DNA of 64,000 nucleotides from Haliotis rubra. Its lineage: Eukaryota. A program made the translations under genes and the position numbers. Below, piece after piece: positions 24,101-37,424 of the stretch. Numbering within the stretch: the first letter of the stretch is position 1; each line of letters begins with the position of its first letter. The stretch spans positions 186,001 to 250,000 of the forward strand of contig NW_025767730.1 of the NCBI RefSeq assembly GCF_003918875.1, given 5' to 3'. A model generated the notes under the pieces. It searched no databases, had not been told where the DNA came from, and was given only the letters and a program-made list of their open reading frames with translations.

Positions 24101-27100
24101 ATACAGCTCTTTAACTGCTGTTTTGAATGCCCTGTGTTATCCTTTTCAAGGCTGGACAAAGAGTGAACACATTTAGACTCAGATGGAAAGTCCTGCTGAT
24201 GTGAACTGGATGTTGTCAGAACTTTGTGTAACAATAGTCATCTGATTTTAATGAAATTGACACAACTCTCTCTAAACAGATACATTGAGTGAAATCTGAA
24301 TTATCTGACTTCAGACAAGTCAGAAAACAAGATATTTCAGCTGGCACTCTATGGATATGTATTGACAGTTTTTTGAGAGTACAGAGCGGTGGGGTAGCCT
24401 AGTGGTTAAATCGTTCGATTGTCGCACCTTTAGACCCAGGTTTGATTCCCCACATGGGTACAATTCGTGAAGCCCATTTCTGGTGTTCCCTGCCGTGATA
24501 TTGCTGGAATATTGCTAAAAGCGTCATAAAACTAAACTCACTCACTCACTTTAGTACAGAGCTTATCCCATTGTAAATCCTCAATGAGAACAGCTCTTCA
24601 TAGTATTAATGAATGTGAGACAGATCCTTCCAAATTTGTTCCAGAAAAGAAAGATGGTGCTACATTTAAGAAGGGAGGACAAGAGATTGGAAAGGCCATG
24701 GCAGAGAAAAGTCATGGCCTCTTCAGTGCTGATGACTGGCAGTGTAAAAGGTAAGTGGATAAATGTTGAAACACTTTGAAAATTGTTTCCTTCCCTGACT
24801 CTTCACAGTGCTTTAGAACAGGGCAAAGGTAGATCACTCCAGAGTATTGGGGCACAAACTTTAATCTGTTTCATTTGTCTCTATTCCAGTACTGTCTAAA
24901 AAAAAGCTTTCATTTTAGTTATGTCAGCAAGTGACACTAGAACTTTTTGCCTCAATTCCACGCTCAGATTCACAGTGTTCACGAATGGCGTCTGTCTGAC
25001 CCACTGAAAATTCACAGGACCCATAGAATGAAAATTAAACACACATTTCAGATTTAACATTTCTTATAATAGGCATTGAAATTATTAACAAACATAAGAT
25101 TTATAAACAGCAAACACGTGTCACATGTCACATATATGACACTGGGGCTGGCAGGTTGTAGACTTCCTTGGACCTTCGTCGAATCTGCCAAATTTGTCCG
25201 AGGGTCTGATGCTATTCGTGAACACTGGATTTATTTCCTGATTTTCAATATAGGAGCACAATTTTTCCTTATCGTGACTCATGATCTTTTGCTTATCTCC
25301 CTTTCCTTGCGAAGGGTAGTGGATAGTGGTGTTCCGATTAATTGAAATAATCGAAGATTGGTCATAGTGACCAAACAACCAAGCAATGGATCACATTTTC
25401 TCATAATTGAACATAGACAATTTTGGAACTACTGTTTTAGTGTTTGAAATACTTGACGATGGAACATATCTTAGAAGTTGTCAGGTCCTGAAAACATGTT
25501 TAATTCTTAGAAAAGTGACTTCACCAACTGAAAAGTCATGACTGAGTATTTCTCTAAGACTCCAGGAAGTTTATGTTCATGATATATTAGCCATCACTTT
25601 AAAGTAGCAAGTTGCATCATTGTTATACTGCAATAACAACCTGGATAGGAAAATCTGAAAAATGACGCTCACCAATTTTTTCGATGATTGTTCGTTGGTA
25701 ATGAAGCAATCATCAATTGTGAGATTTCAACCAATTCCCAACACAAGTAGTGGAACACTTGAATCATTTGTAGTTCCCGAAAATAAAAATACACTCACCC
25801 ACGAGTTACCTCCCTTTTCCCACGCAAACAGTCATGTGACCAGCCTTACTTGTCACTCTCTCCCTTTTCGCCCAAGCGGATGGTTGGGCGAGCACTGGAG
25901 TCCCATATACGGCAGATATCCTTTATATTTAGATCCTATTTATCAAATTTATGCTGTGTATGGTATTTGGCTATAACTATCATGTATTAATTGTATAAAA
26001 TTTGAAGAAATCATGGGCATCTAATACATGTCTAGCCTTGACAGCAGGATAAACGATGTTTATCTTGGAATTTTTCGCTGATAAAAACCTGTATGTGTAC
26101 CTGTCTCCTTCGATACTACAATGGAACAATGATCAACACAGATCGTCCGCATATATAGGGGGAAGAATGATGTATCATCACTGCAAATTGCCATTCTGGA
26201 CAAGGTTATTGTCATCGCTGATGCCCATCTCTGAGGATGAGAAGCGCGCACAAGAAGAAAGAAATGGCGGTGATACCCATTTTGCTGTCGTCTGTGAGTC
26301 GCGGCGAAGTCAAGATAGAGTTATCTCCCTTGCTTCCCTGTTGCAGAAATGAAGGGTATTTTCCCTTTGGAATTTCCTCGGCCCCGGGACTATTTACATG
26401 TGTAACGAAGCCCACTGATGCATTAGCGGAGACTTTGCAGTGCATTCTGCCTTTTCAATGCAATCTAGACGCATCAACAAGCAGATCAACTTCACAACCA
26501 AGTTGCTCACACAACTAGGATGGCTAGTGAACCTGATGAAGTCCGAGTTGGAACCAAAACAAGATCTTCAATTTCTGGGGATAAGATTTATCACAACACA
26601 GAATCGAATTGTGATCCCAGAAGATCGTTGGGTCAAGATACAAGCCATGACTCCTCAAGCAGTCATCTCTCCGTTAACACTACGAACATGGCAATGTCTA
26701 CTCGGTCTACTAACTTCAGCGCAGGACTTGACTCGCACAGGAAGGTTACAACTAAGGTCGACCCTATCTTGCTACCAGACAATCTCAAACGTACCTATTT
26801 TGGTGGACTTGCAGGTCGAATGTATGCAAAGGGACCTATTTACAAGAGCCGGCCTTCGACACACATCTTTATGTAGATGCATTGCTACAGGGATGGGTTG
26901 TGCATCTCAACAACCAAGCTGCATCAGGGAAGTGGTCGAAAACAGAACAGCATCTTCACATCAATCTGCTGGAAATGAAAGCTGTGATCAACGCCGTACA
27001 ACTATGGTCCAGCTCGCTGATCAACAGAATGCTGATGGTCCACACGGACAACTCTACAGTGGCATTGTCCATAAATCGGCAAGGATCAACAAGATCGCCA

Positions 27101-30100
27101 AGCCTACTTCAGCTCACATTCCAGTTGTTCAACATCACAGAGGATGCAAACATCTGGATAAAGGCGTGTCACACACCGGGAGCCAAGAACGTACTAGCAG
27201 ACGCTCTTTCCCGACTACAGATGTTTGTCTCACCAGTGCCAGATCCCCAAGCCTGGGCAACAGATGCACTGAGCATATCATGGGAAGGACTAAACGCATA
27301 CACGTTTCCACCTACGATCTTACTACCGCAAGTGCTGTTGAAGATCAAACAGACACAGGCGCTACAACTGACTTGGTCGCGCCCTATTGGCCAGGGAGAG
27401 TCTGGTTCCTAGACCTAATAGATGATTTCGGAAGTCCAACCCTCAAACTACAAAAATGGTCGAACCTACTCAGACATCCGCACACCAAACAAGTCCACAG
27501 GAACCCAACACTGTTCCAGCTACACGTGTGGACCGTATTAAAAGAGGATACCCCGCCAGAGCAGCGAAAGCAGTAACTTTAGTGTTACGCAGATCTACTC
27601 ACAATTTGTATAACGACAAATGGCAGAAATTTGAACAATATGCAAGGCGGAAAGGCTTCTCAGCTATGAAAGCCTCTCATCCTCAAGTGGGGGAATATCT
27701 ATGTCACCTTAGATATACAAGACATCTGAAAGGTTCGACATTATCCACATATATGGCAGCCATCAGTACAGTTGTCACTATGAAGTTAGGCATCAAACTG
27801 ACGAAAGTACCAGAATTACTTGCTCTGCTGAGATCTTTTAAACTGGAGGACCAGCAAAAGAAATTCAGAGCACCAGCCTGGGGTCTGAATGTAATTCTGT
27901 GACATCTCATGAGTGATGACTACGAACCTCTAGAACAGACTACTTTCGAGCTACTCACACAGAAATTCTGTTCCTACTTGCCCTAGCCACGGCAGCTCGA
28001 ATGTCTGAGATACATGCTCTCGACTTTGGACGAACTAGATTTGACACGGGGCACCGTGCTGCAGTACATCTAGGACTTAGCTGGGACTTTATTGCAAAGA
28101 ATCAACTACCTGGTCAACCAGATAGAGAGTTCCATGTACCAGCGCTGTCTACGAGCCTAGGATCAGAGGACACCCAGGACTTACCCTTGTGTCCTGTCAG
28201 AGCCATGAAGATAAATCTTCAAAAGACTAAAACAAGGAGAAGGAAATTCAAGCACCTATTCATCCCCTTGTCGACGGAGACATCAGTGGAAGTCTCAAGA
28301 ACGACGATATCAGTTTGGATGAGAACCGTTATACTAAGTTATACTTTGTAAGCAGCAGGAGTAGAACCTCCAAGAGCTTCCAACCCACACGAAGTCAGAG
28401 CACTGGCGTCAACACTCGTTCTGCATGGAAATTGCTCTATATCATCAATTATGGAGGGCTGCTTCTGGAAGTCGGATACAGTGTTTGCCAACCACTACCT
28501 CCGAGACATAGCCACCGAAGAAGTCTCCAGCATTCACCAGTTTGGGCCTCTTGTTGTAGCACAACAATTAACAGTTCCTCAAAGGCGCCTAGTTGAAAAT
28601 CTCACCCTTTATCACGTTGACTTGTTGATAAATTTTACTTTGGAAAAAGTTCTAGTTTGAAAGTCCATGCGCACAGTCCATGCGATAAAGGACGAATATA
28701 TGGACAGCTGATGAATCCAGGAAGTGGCTTGACCCACCACCAATCCGTAGGATACTATAAGCAAAAAGATCATGAGTCAGGATACAGAAAAATATGTAAT
28801 TTTTTAAGTAAAATTGATATTTTATAGTTATCCTGACTTCGGATTTCACAGTAGATCCAGGTGCATGGGCAGAAAAATCAGGCTAGCTATTCTCGAAACG
28901 TTCGTAGCCCTACGAATTTCTTAAGCCAATTCTTAACACATTGGCTACGATCAAAGTTAAGAATTCTTAGGTTACGAACGTTTCGAGAATAAGGGCCCAG
29001 GAGAGAGTGACAAGTAAGGCTGGTCACATGACTGTTTGCGCCGGAAAAGGGAGGTAACTCGTGGGTGAGTGTATTTTTACGTCCGCTCCGGGAACTACAA
29101 AGGATGCAAGTGTTCCACTACCATTCGCAAGGAAAGGGAGATAAGCAAAAGATCAGAGTCAAGATAAGTATAAAATATCAATTTTACTTAAAAAATTACA
29201 TTTCTTTTTTTGCTGTAAAATTTATATACTCTACAGTCAGGGTCACTTCAGTATTACCATGATCAAAAGCCATAGTTTAGCTGTTGTGGGTATCATTTTG
29301 TCAAAGTAAAATGCATACACTAACATTTGGGACCGCTGACATTGTTTTGACTGTTTGCAGTTGTGGCAACGTGAACTGGGCGAGAAGAATGAGCTGCAAC
29401 ATGTGTAACTCCCCCAAGTATGGCAAGGTGGAACAGAGAACTGGTAGGTGAACACATTGAAGACTTTCGTAAATACTGCAAGTTGTCTGAGGTTTGACAG
29501 TTTGGGTAGTCAGGCTTCTTGTCCTGGTTTATCAATGTTGCTGTATTTCAATTTTCGTAAATTGAGGCTCATGATGAACTTGGGATTTTCTGATCCAGAC
29601 TTGATTATTTACAGACTGCCGTCTTGTGTCTGGAATAATGGTAAGTGTGGTGGTAACATATATGACAACAATTAGTGGCATTGTTTCTTCTTTTCAGGGT
29701 TTGGTGGTGGCTACATGGAGAGGGATGAAGTTGTAGAGTATGTGCAGAGAGAAGACTCAGAGGAGGAATATGATGAGGTGAGGGGCCCCACAGAATCAGT
29801 TCACAAAATGTGCAACACAACTTAAAGCCTGAACTTACCAAAGGCTTGACAAGGACAATTCCCATATTTCACTTGAGGATATTAATCTTGATCTTTTTAT
29901 CCCCCGCAACAATGAAGTTGCGGGGGATATAGAAACGAGTTCCGTGCGTCCGTCACACTTTGTCCGAAGCATATCTCCTAAACTGTTTGTGATAGCTTAA
30001 CCAAACTTGGTACACATGTCAACCATGATCCCTAGATGTGTCTTTTGGGGTTAGACCCAGGTATGAATTTTATGTTTTGCGGTTTCCATGGAAACGTGAC

Positions 30101-33100
30101 TTAGGCTGTGACTATGAGGATGTCATCTTGTCCGGATCAGATCTTCCAAACTATACATGCTAGCTTCATCAAACTTGGTACACATATCAAGCATGATCCC
30201 TAGATGTGCCTCTTGGGGGTTAGACCGAGATGTGAATTTTATTTCTTATCCCCCGCAACGCCTTTTGGGGGGGTATTAAAATGGACCCCTGTCCGTCGCG
30301 TGCGTCCGTCCCTGCACATTTGTCTTTTCCGGAGCAGAACTCTAAAACCGTTCAATATTTCTTCACCAAACTTGGCACATGGATAGATCTGGTGGTGTAC
30401 TGGTGCCTTTTGGTAGTTTTGGAATTCTGACTAAAATATTTTTGGCATTTCCATGGCAACAAGTTCACTTAGACTGAAATTAGTGGTAGTGCTCTTTTCC
30501 GGAGCAGAACTCTAAAACCGTTCACTATTTCTTCACCAAACTTGGCACATAGATTGGTCTGGCATTGTACTTGTGCCTTTTGGTAGTTTTGGATTTCTGA
30601 ATAAAATATTTTTGGCATTTCCATGGCAACAAGTTTGACTTAGACTGAAACTAGTGATAGTGCTCCTTTCTGGAGCAGAACTTTAAAAAACCTTTCAATA
30701 CTCTCTGTCCACTTTTCTATATACACACCTAAATATTTGACATAATCATAACTCGTAGACATAATCATGAAGAGTATTTTGCCATTGCGGGGGATATTGA
30801 TGACTTCGTCTTCTTGTTGCTGTTTCCATGGAAACATGACTTAGGCTGTGACTATGAGGATGTCATCTTGTCCGGATCAGATCTTCCAGACTATACATGC
30901 TAGCTTCATCAAACTTGGTACACATATCAAGCATGATCCCTAGATGTGCCTTTTGGGGGTTAGACACAGATATGAATTTTATTTTTTTGCTGTTTCCATG
31001 GAAACATGACTTAGGCTGTGACTATGAGAATGTCATCTTGTTGCATTTTCATGGCAACAAGTTAGGCTTCAACTGAATTTGGCGGTAGTGCTCCTTTCTG
31101 GAGCAGATATTAAAAACCTGTCAATACTCTCCTTCCACTTTGCTGTATACTCCAAAACATTTGACATAATCATAACTAGTAAACATATTCATAAAGAGTA
31201 TTTTGCCATTGAGGGGGATATTGATGACTTTGTCTTCTTATTCCTTTAGTTTGGAAGAAAGAAGAAAACTTTGCGCAAGATGTCAACAGATGGTCAGATG
31301 AAGCAGGGAGAGAGAGGAGGGGGAGATGCTGAGAACAAGGTATCACATAATTCCTGGAGTGAAGATCTCAGCTTTTTCTCCAGCTACTGTGGAATCAGAA
31401 AAACTAAGGATGTAAAGGGTGGTACAGCTTGTTCAGCTTGACCTGATCAAGTGAATACTAATGCATTGCGTGACCGTGTCACAACTGGTTGGTTCAATTA
31501 TTGTGAAGGGGTGCACCTTTGTCAGTTGATAGTCAACATGTCCGCACATTCGAGATAAGGACGCCGTCTAACATTCTCTGCTCCCCTATTTAATGAAGTT
31601 AACTCGACCTGCCGTTGTGCCAATTGACCTCCCAGGTCATGCATGTGTAGAGTAGCTCGGGTCAAGCTGAACAAGCTGTAGTATAGTGGTTAGCTGGGTT
31701 CCTTCTTCAAGTTAGAGATCCATGCCTGATCACCCACATAGATAAACTGTAAGAAAATCTTACCAATATGTGTAATCCCTCCATTACATTGCTTGATTGG
31801 AATGTATTACTGGACATGAACTTAGGCTACTTTATCCACACCTTCCATGGCCACAAGAGCAACTTTGGTTGTATACTCTCCTGGGATCTGAGCCTACAAT
31901 GGGATGTTGACTGATCTGTTGATTGGAATAGAAAAATGTGCACTGGAAAAGCAAACATACCAGTAGTGTTGAGTCTTGCTCTCTATGAATGGCCTATTAT
32001 TAATCATTTTACTGTTTTACATTTATTGAGGTTTTGTAGTTGGTGGTAATTCATTAGCACTTGTACTGTTTGTTGCCTAGGAGGTGGATGAAGATGAAGA
32101 CGATGATGGTGGAGGTGATGATGGAGATGATGATGATGATGATGATGATGATGAAGATGATGTTGACCTTTCAAAGTATGACTTGGATGCCAGTGATGAT
32201 GAGGAAGAGGGACAAAAGGACCAGAAAAATGGCACAGAAGTAAAGTCCCAAGATGAAAAGGAAACGTCAAGGTCATCATCTAGGTCAAGGTCATCCTCAA
32301 GTTATTCTTCGGGGTCTAGATCATCATCTCGATCAAGTTCATCGTCAAGATCTCGATCAAGGTCTGGTTCTAGGTCAAGATCAGCAGATGGCAAAAGGTT
32401 CAAGAGAAGCTATTCTAGGTCCAGGTAACCATGGTAACTGGTAACCAGGGTAACGGTCAAAGGTCAATATCAAAATCATCTTGTTTACATTCTTGTGTGT
32501 TCACGTTTGTTAACATGACAGATTTCATGCATGTTCCTTAGCAATAGAAACGAACACTTATTTTTCTTTTAATTTTGAGATTGATGTCAAATGTTTTCAT
32601 TTTGCCATTTGGTTTGGATGGTAAACTTTCTTTTCACTGTTCACAGGGTAGAACAGTTTTGTTGTGTATCACATAGCACTGTTTAATGCATGCCAGTAAT
32701 GATCACATATCCAGTATTGCTGCATATAATTGTTCTAATACAACATACACAACCCTTTTGACATGGAATGCATTGTCTGTCTTCGAAACAAATATACATT
32801 TACCTTGGAATTACTAAGACATGCCTTGATAGGAACAAAATCCTTATTCCACAATCTGATCAAATTTTTATAACTCATATACACTTTGAGTTTTCCTAAC
32901 GAGGCCAGGGAATTGTCCCCTTTTATATGTGAAATGTTGTGAAATTGTCATTGTACAATACATTTTGCATCACCTGGTATGAAACATTTCATATTTTATT
33001 CTTTCTATTTGTTCATTAGAGATACTATGTAGAGTATTCAGGTGTAGATTGATATGTTTTCCTTTTCAGATCCAGGTCACCATCCAAGACGACATACAAG

Positions 33101-33190
33101 AAAAGTAACAGAGGGTCAAAATCGTCTTCAAGGTCACGCTCCAGGTCACCCAGGTCAAGGTCGAGAGACAGAAAGAAGTCAAGTCGGTAG
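21123..33190 (+). CDS. ZRANB2: Zinc finger Ran-binding domain-containing protein 2 (SR-like splicing factor)
   Basis: Exons 21123-21180 (MSGGGRFKPNE[G]DWICPDPK, one G missing in the G-run), 23458-23510 (CGNVNFARRSSCNKCGK), 24645-24750 (GGQEIGKAMAEKSHGLFSADDWQCKS), 29361-29443 (CGNVNWARRMSCNMCNSPKY), 29698-29777 (GFGGGYMER..YDE), 31250-31339 (FGRKKK), 32081-32424 (acidic tract, DLSKYDL, RS), 33070-33190 (RS, TAG). Two RanBP2-type fingers plus acidic and RS regions; phases are consistent. Confidence 0.96.
22845..23004 (+). mobile_element. tRNA-derived SINE, family A
   Basis: ggggcggttgggtagcctaatggttaaagcg...ggttcgattcc...actcactcac. Confidence 0.9.
23621..23768. repeat. 37-bp minisatellite, 4 copies
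   Basis: ctgtag(a/g)tcattgctaacaatgcaatcactggtcaga repeated four times. Confidence 0.93.
24385..24552 (+). mobile_element. tRNA-derived SINE, family A, with target-site duplication
   Basis: Same consensus as other copies; agtacagagc at 24378-24387 and 24553-24562. Confidence 0.9.
25324..25746. mobile_element. Insertion with an 8-bp target-site duplication (hAT-like MITE) splitting the DIRS left ITR
   Basis: gtagtgga at 25316-25323 and 25747-25754. Removing the insert restores colinearity with the right ITR. Terminal inverted repeats are degenerate. Confidence 0.75.
28881..28997. mobile_element. Short palindromic MITE (Harbinger-like) between the DIRS ICR and right ITR
   Basis: tattctcgaaacgttcgta / tacgaacgtttcgagaata inverted repeat; ends gggccc; cag on the flanks. 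Confidence 0.65.
29895..31241 (+). mobile_element. Nested Helentron-associated (HINE-like) elements; inner copy about 30244-30817
   Basis: Each has a 5' tatcccccgcaac...gggggata/ggggta inverted repeat, a (gtcc)-like microsatellite, ~170-bp internal tandem units and a 3' g(c/a)gggggatattgatgac..gtcttctt end. The inner copy sits in a T-run of an outer repeat unit. Confidence 0.7.
31425..31678. mobile_element. Tc1/mariner-type MITE
   Basis: Perfect 19-bp inverted repeats cagcttgttcagcttgacc / ggtcaagctgaacaagctg, flanked by TA. Confidence 0.85.
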
Positions 33191-34404
33191 AGGTTTGGAA
33201 TAGGAGAAAGTCTCAGTGATTACACACTCAGAGATTTTCTAGTATTAGTATTTAATAATATAATATTTGAGGTCATGAAATTGTTGTTTCATCAATATTT
33301 ATGAAGAGATTTCTATTACTTTCTACTGTGAAACTTCAGACAACTCATTCAAACAGTATTCATTTATTACATGTATATTACCTTATCCATGTACACAGAG
33401 TACTGTAAGTCAAATGTTGACATATTTGTTTTTCAGATGCTGACAAATAGAGCTGTCGCCTACAGATGAATGAATCCATCCCTCAATATCTTTCATGTCC
33501 CAATATTTAGCCCACTTTTGGCTGTAGGGGTCTATCCTTGCGTTGTTTTGAAATTATGAGAGAAGTATGTTGAGGTATTAGTCATTGTCTTAGAAAGGAA
33601 AAACTGTTGAAAAAATTACTGAGGTATTTTGAAATGAATCAACTGGCAAATTTTACTAAATTTTGAAAATTTAGACACATGGGAATTGTATAAAATCTGT
33701 CGAAGAGTGCCAAAGACATTTCGAGTAATTATCTGTTAGGATCAGGAATATTGGTTTCGACAGATCCCTAAACATTTTTGTTCTGTTGGGTCATTTTTGT
33801 TCTGGAAGGTAGTGCTCACATGATACTTTCAACATCGATGTTGAAGGAGGGGTTGTTAGGGAAGTATTGTGTTCTCCTGGAAATCATATTTGTCAAGCCA
33901 TGGAGTATTACAACTAACGGTTGAAATGAAATTATCTCTTTGCAGTTTTCTTATTTACCTGGGCACTGTACTCTGCATTGTTACATAGTGCTGTGTTTTG
34001 GACATTGATTGAGGGTTAGGTTTTGGATAAGTCCACAATTGGGTGTCATTGTGCTTATAACAGGTAATAACCTGCCTCTGTCAACCTTGCTGTTACTGAT
34101 GGTGTACTGAAGTCCCACCTATTGACAAAACTGTGACTAGTATCATCGAGGGAGGGGCTGCGTTTAACAAGGCTATTTCAGCACGGACTGATAATTTTTT
34201 TATTGAAGGATTTCATGATGGTTGTAGTGCTGAGATAACTTTGTTAGGTCAGGTCAGGTTCTTTCTACAAAGTGCTCGTAGCCCTGTGATGATTGTAAGC
34301 TTCTGTTCAACTACGATCACCACAGCAACAAGATCACTTTGTGGATTGGATCCCAGGGTCTCCGTCTCAATAAAACAATTAATGTAAGTGTCAATTTGAA
34401 ACAA

Positions 34405-34552
34405 GGGGCGGTGGGGTAGCCTAATGGTTCAAGCGTTGGCTCGTCACGCCGAAGACCCGGGTTCGAATCCCCACATGGGCACAATGTTTGAAGCCCATTT
34501 CTGGTGTCCCCCGCCGTGATGTTGCTGGAATATTGCTAAAAGAGGCGTAAAA
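34405..34552 (+). mobile_element. tRNA-derived SINE, family A
   Basis: Near-consensus copy: ggggcggtggggtagcctaatggtt...ggttcgaatcc...gctggaatattgctaaaa. Confidence 0.9.
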
Positions 34553-37424
34553 CATCTTTGTAATCTTAGTGCTATAATCCTTTTTGTTTAGAGCCCTGAG
34601 CCCAGTTATAAGAGTCTATATTAGTGCCATGACTTTTATTCTGCGACAGTCATAGATCTTAAATCTCTTTGTGGAGAAAGATGCAAAGGCAATCTGAGGA
34701 CAACTGACATAAGGCTTGTACCTGTTTGTTATGATAGTGCCAACATTTCTTTCATCATGTTCAAGAATGGGCATCAGTCAGTTGTAAATTAACCAGGTCT
34801 CCTGCTGAAATGATCATGGTGCTCTCAGCCGGTGTGGTTTTGTTGACATGTAGTCCCTTGTAACCAGATGTTGTTACTGTTTGTATGTGAGATGGAGTTG
34901 TTTGGGAAGTATGGGCAATGGATAAATTATCGTTTTATTGTTTTGGGCTCTGTGTTCTTGATTGGCTTCAGAGGTTTCATTCATACATAGCTGGTTTACA
35001 TTTCCCATCAGCATCGATGAGAGCTTGATGTACAGTTTTACTGTGGCCTTAATAGTTCTCTAGTTCCAGAACTCTTAATACAGGCACTTCAATATGTTGA
35101 GGAACCTAGTAATTATAGCTGCACTGTTTACACCAGTCACATAGCATGCTTATGTACTATTATATGTATAATGGAATTTGCAGAGAATAAGGTAGTCTTT
35201 TGTGTGTTTGCTTCTGTTATTCCTACTGGTTTTCATTCATTCAGTTTGAGTGTTTTGGTCCCAGCTGAGAACATTCTGAAACCCTTTGTTTATGGACAGG
35301 TTACGGGATAGGTATGAGTTGAATCATCTTTTTGTAGATGTCTTTAAGAAATCCCAATGACTTGTTATGTTTTCCAATATCAAACAATATCATTTTATCA
35401 TTCATTTGCACTAACAACTTTTATGTCCAATTTGCAAATATAGTGCATGTATACTACTTAAATGAAGTTAAGAAACATGATTCTTTCATGTTACTATAGT
35501 TACTGTCATTACTTAGTTAATCTGCCATGTCATGACTAATAAGCTATAGTAATATGATAGAATTGGGTGTTCTTACGAGTGGTATGAAGTGAGAAATGAC
35601 AGCTTTCACTCACTCACTTGCTTGGTGTCCAGGAATGGGAAAACAGGTTCACAAAGCATTGATACTTGCTAGGAGAGTAGAATAGATATGTACTGGAGAA
35701 GTGGTAGAACCAGACCTTTTGCTGGGTTGTATTGGAATTTGTAGTTTGAGCAACTTTCGTACATGAGTGTAGGTATATACAGTGTGTAAATTGTAGTATG
35801 CTGGTAGTGCACTTATTTAGGTAGCTATTTTTGCATAATCAAAAGAAATCATACACAAAACATGATACATTATTTTCTGAATGCTTCATGACATTGAGTT
35901 GAGAAGGGAACTGTGGAAGTTATGTCAGTAAATTTCTTGCTTTAGATTTGGTTAAGTTTAAGTATGTGAGCTATGTCATTTAGTGTAAATAACCTATGAA
36001 ATGTCTGCCTGGGTAAGTATGTTTATATGGCAGTGTGTGGCACAAAGGGACATGTTACTTTCCTCAAATCCCATACTTTTCAAATATAAACTTTCTTTAC
36101 AAGTTAAATGATTTGAATGTGGATGAATGGTTTGAAGAATTGGATAGAGTTACTAAACATGTATGCTTAAAGTAGTTAATCTTGCATCATTAAAAACAAC
36201 CACATGGAACTTTAAAATTTCATCTTGGAATAACACCATTTGCCTCGCTGTAGACTGTGAAGCTTGACGTTTCATAGGGTTGTAATTACCATCAACAGTA
36301 TTCTTTGACCCATTCAGCAGTTCTGATAGTGACCTAATTACAGTCAACAGGAACACAATGATTGGTAGATAAAGTACTTCCTATGAAGATGTTATGTAAG
36401 CTCTACTTAAGGGAGGGAATTAAATGCCATTGTGGATGATTTGCATGCTCAAGTGAATGTAACTGTTATAGTTAATGAATTGTCTTGGCCAATTTGATTT
36501 ATTTGAATAAATTGTCTTTAATTTTGAACAAGCTTTGTTCTGTGTGGCTGCAGCTATTTTTGACAGGTACACCAGCTGACAGGTGTAACACTGTACACAA
36601 AGTTCAGAACTCACCATACAAGTTCTGCAGCTCGGACTGCTGTCAGAATGCAGATGGTACATTAGAGCTACTACTTTACAAATGAATGGTAATGAGTGGA
36701 AATCTTACAATAAGCATCAATGGCTTGTGTCTTCAAAACAAAGTCCCTGCCATAACTTAAAAGGATGTTGACAGCAGTGTTTCCAGTGAGACCATTTGGG
36801 TCAGGGGTGAAGACTAAAGTGTCTGGATGATTATTAAATACAGGATGAGCCATATACGATATTTGTTCTGCAGGGATAGGACAAGCATATACAGTGGACT
36901 CCCTGTAAACCAACATCCCTGAATTTGGAATTCCCTGTAAACTGACATTTATTTGGCCCTGAATTTGTCCTTATGTAATATCATATAAGGAACTCCCTCT
37001 ATTCCAAATTCTGACACTCAAATCCAGTCCCAAAACATGTTTTTAGTGCAAATTGACTGTCTGTGAACCAACATAATTTCACAAGAGATTGCATCAACCA
37101 AAACATGGTGTGTATTTGCAATCAACAGACTTGCATGTGAGGTGGCCTGCAAAGGCGTAATAGGATTAACTGTTAATTACTTGCTAATTACTCACCAACT
37201 TCTAAAATGCCAATCAAACAGATAATTACGTGTTCAGTGGATTCATAGAATGCATTAAAGTAGTTTTATTATTTTGACATAAATAGTAGCACAGACTCTG
37301 TACATAGGATTAATCTATAGGTAATAAGTTAAAACAAAGAAGTCCATGATATGTTCTTCAGATCAGTATTATGGTTATTGAAGATATCAAACTGCTTTGG
37401 TGGACTATTTCTCAGACAAGACTG

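Larger units (their letters stand above)
25261..29203 (+). mobile_element. DIRS1-type tyrosine-recombinase retrotransposon, internally deleted and frameshifted, in ZRANB2 intron 3
   Basis: Left ITR 25261-25323 + 25747-25862; right ITR 29000-29203; ICR about 28757-28838. RT motifs (FPFGISSAPGLFT; LGWLVNLMKSELEPKQDLQFLG), RNase H (HINLLEMKAV; TDNSTV; NVLADALSR), MT-like domain (DALSISW..LNAYTFPP..LVAPYWP), tyrosine recombinase (CPVRAM..LFIP; PHEVRALAS; WKSDTVFANHYLRD). Confidence 0.93.

Noticed and set aside
26440-27576. 378-aa ORF as an intact host gene
   Set aside because: It is a mosaic of DIRS pol frames joined through frameshifts. The RNase H motifs lie in the overlapping 26882-27412 frame.
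32004-32279. His-rich minus-strand ORF and Met-rich ORF 32061-32243
   Set aside because: These are alternative readings of the (GAT)n poly-Asp tract in ZRANB2 exon 7.
34405-34480. tRNA gene (also 8038, 22845, 24385, 40976, 18680)
   Set aside because: The tRNA-like A/B boxes run straight into a shared non-tRNA core and tail, lack a matching acceptor stem and recur as dispersed copies, so they are SINE heads.
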